DNA from: Chrysomallon squamiferum
Lineage: Eukaryota > Animalia > Mollusca
Assembly (NCBI GenBank): GCA_012295275.1
Contig: CM022666.1
Coordinates: 2,480,001-2,544,000, forward strand
Length of the DNA stretch: 64,000 bases
Direction: 5' to 3'
Shown here in pieces: positions 56,159 through 64,000 of this stretch. The translations under genes and the position numbers were made by a program. Every line of letters starts with the position of its first letter. Position 1 is the stretch's first letter. Below the pieces are notes generated by a model. That model was given only the letters and a program-made list of their open reading frames with translations, was not told the DNA's origin and searched no databases.

Positions 56159-56736
56159 ACATACACACTCACACACACACAAACATATACAGATACAAAC
56201 ACAAAATCTAGTCTCTAAAAGTTTCAGTGAAACGAACTGTACTGGACAATATGAGCATTTCTGAAGCTATTTTTTTTTTTTTTTTTTAGATTATTATTTT
56301 TTAAATCACATCAAGGAGAGTTATTTCATTTAAAAAAAAGGTGTGTGGGTAAGAAAAGAAAAGAAAAGACAAAATTGAGCATTTTGGAATAAAGTTACTG
56401 GTTCCTTTTCCGTATTAGGTGCAGGAAATACTGCAACGTCATTCGTTTGACCTAACGTAATTGGTTCAGTTTCCTTTTTTTTTTTTAGGTGGAGAATAAT
56501 AATAACGTCATACGAATACTTAAATATTGTTGGTTCATCTCCAAAACTCGGTGGGGGAAACATGACTGTCGTTCGAACCATCACGTCATATGGTAACAAA
56601 TATCCAAGTAGGCGCCGAAGTCTCGTAAAATCTTGAGGACAGAGAAACGACGAGGTTTTCTCTGATCATCGTAATGATGTGTGAAAGAGTTATTCCATTC
56701 ACGTTATTAGCGTTCAGTATTACATTGCTGTTGATT

Positions 56737-56900
56737 TTAAGTTATTGTTTGAACAAATGAGCTGTTTCCAATAATGACTGCTGTGATATTTACGGCACAA
56801 GGGTCAAAGGGCAAGTGAGGTCCTAGCCACTCATCTAACAGATAGGCGATCACTGTGCCACTTGTTAGTCCCAGAGTGTATGAGAGCATCATGATGTTAC
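56737..56900 (-). CDS. SLC29A4: ENT4 terminal coding exon (GNIMMLSYTLGLTSGTVIAY...FVQTIT*)
   Basis: ttttgcgcag|GT AAC ATC ATG; TM11 followed by a tail with N-glycosylation sequons NIT and NSS; TAA at 56737-56739; not in the ORF track. Confidence 0.92.
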
Positions 56901-56909
56901 CTGCGCAAA

Positions 56910-57025
<116 letters not shown>

Positions 57026-57616
57026 AATAGAAATAAATAAATTAATTAATTAATTACAAATCCACATTTGTGTAATTTTCCATTTCAGAATTTTAAGTTA
57101 TCGCTAGCAAATTTTTTTATTGTTTATGAAGATGTAAATAATATTTTTACATTTTGTGCATGTTTCTGAATATGCATCTCATTAAAGGCTTTGACTCTTT
57201 ATATCAAATTACAGATTAAAACGAATTTGCGGATAATGACTTACGAAATATTAATATTACTAATATCATAAGCTTAAATGTGATACCAATCCCATCCTGA
57301 TGGATTTTGTCATTGTAATATGCCTACTTGAATATCAATAATCTGGAGTCAAACAGGGGTTTCCGAAAAGTTTTAATCTAAATAAATTCCATGAAGATAT
57401 TTATTTATTTATTTGTTTATTTATTATTATTTTTGAAAATGTTCTACTTATTTTCTTTCTCTCCTGGAATCGTTAATAAGATATTCCAGTAGGTTTTTTT
57501 ATTATCGTAAACATTTCAAATACTAGCTTGGATACGATATTTCCATGTAAAATTTTTATTTTTATTTCATTCTTTATTTAGTAATGTTTGTTTATAATTT
57601 TATTAACTCGTGTCAA

Positions 57617-57651
<35 letters not shown>

Positions 57652-57714
57652 ATTAATTATTCACAAAAACAATTTTAAATTTCTATTCTCATTATCAGAC
57701 TTAATAAGTTTCAG

Positions 57715-57746
<32 letters not shown>

Positions 57747-57771
57747 AATAATCTATAAATAAATAACGTAC

Positions 57772-58012
57772 CACACAACTCTTTCTGTTCTTCCGAGACC
57801 TTACTCGGAGCCAGTATCATAGGAACGCTGCCGAAGTAGCCATTGGTTATTCCGAGCAGAAGAGAGAGAACGATTGGCCAGCCGTCTCCCGCCAAGACTG
57901 GTCGAATTCTGGGAGTTGCGCAGAGCATGAGCAGCGGCACCAGTATGACACGTGACAGCGTCAAAAATACCAGACGTCCCCGAGGCCAATCGTAATGGAG
58001 TGAAGCAATTAT
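57772..58012 (-). CDS. SLC29A4: ENT4 coding exon 6 (IIASLHYDW...EQKELC)
   Basis: tgcttcag|ATA ... TGT G|gtacgt; GITNGYFGSVPMILAP motif. Confidence 0.93.
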
Positions 58013-58310
58013 CTGAAGCAGAAGAGATAAACGCATCTGCGAGTGTAATAGAGCGAAATCGAGGCTTTAGAATGTAAAAATAATAGCTTAATTAAAAATT
58101 AATGGCCCTAGTCTGCGTGCTATAAGACGATGTCGCGAATTTAGATGATCATTGAAAATTTATAATGTTAATTTATATATCGGTTTACTAGGCTGTAAGT
58201 CTACAAAGGAAATTATTTAATTGAATGTGCTTGTTTAGTCAAATTTTAATAATTGCCTCCAGCAAGGACCTTTTTGTTTGTCTGGTGTGTTTTGGGGTTT
58301 ATTTCCTTTT

Positions 58311-58341
<31 letters not shown>

Positions 58342-58788
58342 GTGGGTTTTTTGTTGTTATTGTTTTTTTCATCTTTTTTCTTACCCCTATGAAACTGTGA
58401 ATGTTTTATGCATTATAGCATGCATATAAAACGTTTGCGTAAAAGCAAACTGAATATAAAAAAACGGAAACAAAGGACATATTTTTTGACTTGAAACATG
58501 TCTGTATACCTAAAAAAAAAAACTAAACTGCATCACCGAAGACTAGGCTTTTAAAAAAATATATATCATTCAGCATGTTTGTCTTTTTTCTTTTACTTTT
58601 TCTTTGAACCTTTATCAGGCAAAACCTTTCTTTATCACAAAATCTCATTCAACTGCGAGTAAATTTCCTTATATTTCTTTTTTTAATAATTTTCGTAATA
58701 CTCTGCTTCAGGTTTGTCGAATGTTACGTCCTGATGCAAAATTAAATGGCCATGCGCTGAACAATCATACGCAATAACTAAAATATAC

Positions 58789-58976
58789 CTTTCCTATGAA
58801 GTCAAAGAGGTTAAAAACAGCCATGAGCACGATGGGCATCCATGATCCAATCTTGCAGCTGATCACCTCGGACTCTATGCCAGGAAACAAACACAAGGTG
58901 ACGAAATAGGCGAGGCCAATGGACACCATGAATGGCCAAACCGTCTTGGAGACTTCGTACCTCATCAGCATTCCTC
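58789..58976 (-). CDS. SLC29A4: ENT4 coding exon 5 (RGMLMRYEV...FNLFDFIGK)
   Basis: cttttctctccag|GA GGA ATG ... AAG|gtatat. Confidence 0.93.
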
Positions 58977-59310
58977 CTGGAGAGAAAAGAAAGGTTTTAT
59001 TTGAAGACTGCCTTAAGACATCTCTAAATTAGGACAATCTGGCATCAAGCTTATCAAAAAAAAAAAAAAACATATAAAATAAAAAAACCGCTGTCGGATA
59101 TCTGTGTAATAGATATCGTATCTTTAGGCTGTTACGTTTTTGATCAGTTTAAGACGTGTAAGTGAATGGCAGATGGGTAACTGAATATATGTTTTGTTAA
59201 AATGAAAGAAAAGACGTAGATAAATGTTTGAAGGGATGGACAGATGGATGTTGTTTGTGGTGAAATAATTTCATTTAACTTGTAAATACAATATTATTTT
59301 ATATGATGCG

Positions 59311-59413
<103 letters not shown>

Positions 59414-59500
59414 CGTCATTTGCTGTAGTGTAGAATCATAATTCCGTAAATTCTAAATTCTATAAACAAAAACAATTTCGAAAAAATACAAACACATTAC

Positions 59501-59705
59501 TTTTAAAAGCTGACATTTTTGGCATTTGCAGTTTGTAATACTGCCCTTGGAACGTCACTTCCGCTTCCTGGCTTCTGGTGATATCGTTTGGCGTGATTTC
59601 GCTGCTGTTTGGATCGACCGTGGGCGTTGGTTCAACGGGAGAAGTGGGGCTCTGAATGACCAGAACGCCGTAATGATGTCCAGACGTCGGTTCGTGAAAA
59701 TCCAC
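59501..59705 (-). CDS. SLC29A4: ENT4 coding exon 4 (large cytoplasmic loop, VDFHEPTS...MSAFK)
   Basis: ttttgctgacag|GTG ... AAA A|gtaatg; phases compatible with both flanking exons. Confidence 0.85.
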
Positions 59706-60036
59706 CTGTCAGCAAAACATGTGTAAACTATGTGGATGTCAGTGTGGTCTTAATAAAAAAAAGAAGCTGTTAAATCTGCATTTCAAAACAAAAAAAGAAT
59801 GTATCTGTTGTGTTTATGTGAATAAATAATCAATTTATATATATATATAAGGAGGAAGTAATAGTTAAATATATCATATATATGGGCGAAAAATATGATA
59901 TTTAATTTTTTTTTTTTTTCCAATTAATTTTGTCCAAATTATAAAAAACAACAGATCCATAACTAAAATATACAAACAAACAAGCAAAAAAAAAAAAACA
60001 CTTTTTAAAAATTAAATAAATTCTTACTAAGCTTAC

Positions 60037-60272
60037 TTCTTCTGTCACTGTGGGTTTGCTAAGCCCTCGTTGATCCTCGGTGATTTTCGCACTCTCGCAC
60101 AAGCTGACGTAAAATCTCACGAAGTCCGTTCGGCGAGTTACGTGAAAGAGGATGAAGCACATCCATAATATCGATATGGAAATACAGAAGAAAATCATGG
60201 TATTGATTCGCTGGTCGTCAAGCAACGCCTTAGTAACCATTCTGTTCACTGATATGATCAACCCAGCTGCAC
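60037..60272 (-). CDS. SLC29A4: ENT4 coding exon 3 (SAAGLIISVNR...PTVTEE; alternative donor at 60028 adds VSL)
   Basis: ttgctag|GT GCA...; two in-phase donors, GAA|GTAAGC and TTA|GTAAGA. Confidence 0.88.
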
Positions 60273-60620
60273 CTAGCAACCAAAAATCAGGCAGGAGAGA
60301 AATGCAAAATGAATTTAATTGATTTCAGCAAAATTAAGTTAGTGTCCTGTGCCTAGTAATTCAATAGTTTCTACGTGGAAGAAATTAAAATGACGATATT
60401 TATGTATATTTATATGGCATATGTATGTGTGCATATTTAAAATTATTGGATGACAATATGAAACTATTTTTTGTTATTTAGTTTATCATTTATTTATATG
60501 TTGTTGTTGTTATTGTTGAAGTATGAATTAATTAATTAGTAATAGTAGTAGAAGTGATATTAATAGTAGCAGTAAATAAGTTAGTGAATTAATTAATTAA
60601 TTTTCATTCGAAAAACTTAC

Positions 60621-60695
60621 TTTCGCCTGTCATGACCGCCTGTGTGTATCGCCTTGGCAACATGCTCGTGTAACCATAGAAACTCGACTGCTGAA
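60621..60695 (-). CDS. SLC29A4: ENT4 coding exon 2 (VQQSSFYGYTSMLPRRYTQAVMTGE)
   Basis: gtcacag|TT CAG CAG...GAA A|gtaagt; not in the ORF track; highly conserved ENT4 motif. Confidence 0.94.
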
Positions 60696-62098
60696 CTGTG
60701 ACGTAATTAAAAAGACAAAACAGAAGTATCAGAGGTATTATGTCGAAGTAAAACATTTTATGACGTAAGCAGATATCGTGGCTATGGTTTCGAATTTAAA
60801 CATACACCATTGCAAGAATGCGATTAAAGTGTAAAGATGTGAGTACATGATCATTTTGTTGTGGTGTAAATCGCAAACTGTCGTTGATTCAACGCTTATT
60901 ATCTGAACCGTTTTAATTAGTTTTCTTTACAAATACACGAATGGATATTTTAAACCACACACATACGCAAACAGACACTCACTTACATATAAACAAATAC
61001 ACGTCATACATTCAGAGAGACATAGGCAGACACACACAAAAGTACACATACATCATGTATACCCATTATCATTTCTCAAACAATCGTTTTTCTGTTTTAG
61101 ATGTCTGTTGTTGTTTTTGGGGGGTTGTTTTGTTTTTTAATTTTCGGAGGGGAGTCTGATTTTTCTTTCTTCCTTTCTGTTTGGTTTCGAATTTTAAAAA
61201 AAAAAAAAAAAAAAAAAAAGTTTCTGAGAAAATAATCCAGCTCTATCGATTAACAGAAAGTAATATTTTATAAACACGTAGACGTAATCAAGAAAGCGTA
61301 TACCATGGAGTACTGGTTGGAATGGAAAATACCTAATGGTTCAAAACATCTGCTTAAGTTTGTAATTCAGACTGTGTAACATTAACTATCAATAAACTTG
61401 AATAATCATTACTGATATACCATTACTATTACAGTATGTTGGATTATAATGGTTAAATGATAGAATTTTTTTTTCTGATACGTTTTCTACCCTGAAAGTA
61501 CCTTCCACAACTTATTATTTCGTTATGTCTCTCTTCTGTAACAAAATCTTTAATATTTATTATACAGAAAATTCAATATTATGTGCTTTCTTCCCAAGCA
61601 AAAATTATGTCTAATTAACTGATAATGTATGTGACGGTTAAATGAAGAAATTAAGAAAACTATCCAACCGTGAAATAATCCACTGTCAGAAAATAAAGCT
61701 AAGAACAAAATTACAGTAAAATAAATAATGACAGAACGCTTTGGGTGATTTTGAGCGTAAGTATAAAAAGTATCTATTGTATTTTCAGTCTGTAACATAC
61801 GGTGATTACGTCACAGAACCAGTGTGAAAATATGTAATTTACGTCGTAATAACAAAACCTGTGATGTAATGTTACAAGAACAAAGTAAAATATAGGAAAA
61901 CAGTCACTTATTACGTAATGGTTAATTGTGAAATAAACTTGTTAGTATTCAGTACGCTGTTTGTAATAATCGTTATGTGTTATCCATTGTAAAATAAACA
62001 AACAAACAAACAAATAAAACAAAAAAAAAATAAATAATTCATTAATTAATAGGTTAATTATTTAATGTAATAAAAAAAAAAAGGAAAAATGTTTTTAC

Positions 62099-62546
62099 CT
62101 GTAGATCCAACAGCAACTACCGCAACAGCGAGCAGCGTGATCCTATAAGCGACATCTTCCGGCAGCAGCTGAAACCAAACGTCACAAAGGGCGATAACCA
62201 GGAGCGTTATGAAAGACACGATGTACCCGAACGTAATTCTCACGGGCAAACTGAGAAGCTCTACGACAGCATTGTTGATGCAGACACTGACAAACGCAAC
62301 TACGATGTACGTCAGACTCATGTCGAAGATGATGGTGCTTCCAGGAAAACGGTTCTGATAGAAATCCACGGCTATGATGAAACTGTTGTACGGCAGAAGA
62401 AACCCAGCTCCGGCTAGGACCAGTGCTAGATAGATACAGCTACACGGATCGCGAGGAGGGGTCACCCTGTCCCTGGGAACTGAAGACCGTCTCTTAAGCT
62501 TGGGCGACCGCAGCTGACAGTAACCCCGACTTAGATTTTCATCCAT
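62099..62546 (-). CDS. SLC29A4: ENT4 coding exon 1 (MDENLSRG...VAVGST; TM1-4)
   Basis: ATG in CAACAAAATGG context; ends ACA G|gtaaaa (phase 1); hydrophobic helices and LLPYNSF motif. Confidence 0.93.
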
Positions 62547-63312
62547 TTTGTTGTGTATCTGCAGACGTCAGAAATGTGTGATTGTATTTTGTTCTTCAGT
62601 ATCTGTTAGCGGTGTTTTTCACTCGGCATCTGGCAATTTAAAAAAAGAAAAAAAACAATATTATATGTGTATGTATGTATGTATGTATGTATGTATGTAT
62701 GTATGTATGTATGTATGTATATATATATATATACATATATAAAATGTATATAAGTCATATCTGAAAAAAAAATAATATGTATATTAGTATACATATGTAA
62801 TAACTGCATTGTCTGGAGGATGGTAGTAGTAATAATAACACTAGCAGTAGTTTAACAATAGTATTAGTAGTTGCAGTTGAAATTGCAGCAGCAGTAGTGA
62901 CATCAACAGCAACAGCAGAAGAATAACCACAACGGCGAAGACGTAAAAAAAAAAAATAGTAGTTGTTGAAAATAAATCTCAACAATAAATACTATTTTTT
63001 TCTGTGCGTTTCTTTTGTCGCACACTGTATATCATAATGGCGTAAACCTCTTGTAATATTTATGAAAAGAAATCTTTTTGCAAAACAACAGAAGACAGAA
63101 GCAATGAGTTGCTGCCTAGATATAGGATTAGCGTTTTGAGAAATGTTCTCGTTGTATTCAGAAAGCCTCTTGAATATAAATAGCATGTAGTTCACTGAAG
63201 TGTAAGAATTACGACCGTTCGTTAACAGAAACGAGAAACCATAATGAAAGAATGCAATGTTGAAGTGACTATTTATTATACAAGCAAATTCATGCTCTCT
63301 ATGAATCGTTTT

Positions 63313-63385
<73 letters not shown>

Positions 63386-63500
63386 TAAAAAAAAAAATAC
63401 ACCATTCACCGATTATTAAATTATTTTTTTGCTGTGTATTATAATAATTAAAACTGATTAATAATTTATACAAATATCAAAACAACAGAGTAGTACTCTT

Positions 63501-63547
<47 letters not shown>

Positions 63548-64000
63548 TTGTCATTATTATTAATAGTAGTAGTAACAATAGTAGTAATGATAATAGGAGG
63601 ACATTTACAACAACTATTACTATTACTACTACTACTTTTTTCTTTTTTGTTTTGCCATTCACAAAATACACAGCTACACATCAACTCTCAAACGTAATGA
63701 TACATTTTTCTACGTCGTTGTACTCCGTTTTAAACTTCACAACAGAATCAGCCGATTTATCCTCCAAATCCGGCCGAAAAATATACTAATTACCTCATTT
63801 TATTTCTGTCCATTTCGCTCTAAAAAGAAAAACCACGACTTCTACTTACAGTTCAGTTTCTCAGGATCTGTCTTGAGCAGTGCTTGCATCCATAAAGGTT
63901 TGGTTTGTTTTGAAAAATGATTTAGTTCATTGGCTATTGCACTGCCGTGAATGAAACTGGTTGTTCATCAAAATACCAGATGCATCCAAGATTAATTTCC

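Noticed and set aside
56330-56599. 89-aa minus-strand ORF downstream of the ENT4 stop
   Set aside because: It lies in the presumptive 3' UTR, has a non-ATG start and a poly-K run from an A tract, and is separated from the CDS by in-frame stops.

Overview
This is AT-rich, microsatellite-dense animal genomic DNA. A mollusc is likely, inferred from the SINE family and gene style but not proven. Two spliced protein-coding genes lie in tandem on the minus strand. (1) A complete 7-coding-exon equilibrative nucleoside transporter 4 gene (ENT4/PMAT, SLC29A4-like) at 56737-62546, about 518 aa. (2) The 5' part of a type II diacylglycerol kinase (DGK eta/delta-like): four phase-0 exons (51661-51810, 30564-30611, 29386-29448, 20146-20226) encoding the N-terminus and part of the PH domain. 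Its introns are about 21 kb, 1.1 kb, 9.2 kb and at least 20 kb, and the gene runs off the left edge. Three of the four DGK exons and two ENT4 exons are absent from, or in the wrong frame in, the ORF track. Nearly all other listed ORFs are microsatellite artefacts. The DGK introns carry decayed tRNA-derived SINEs (some tandemly amplified), many local tandem repeats and high-complexity enhancer-like islands. They also hold a CTCF-like site and the most unusual feature: two oppositely oriented arrays of a ~41-45 bp unit with a palindromic TGGTCA-N8-TGACCA core, ~2.9 kb apart (Foldback-like, superficially CRISPR-like). No prokaryotic systems, tRNA or rRNA genes were seen.
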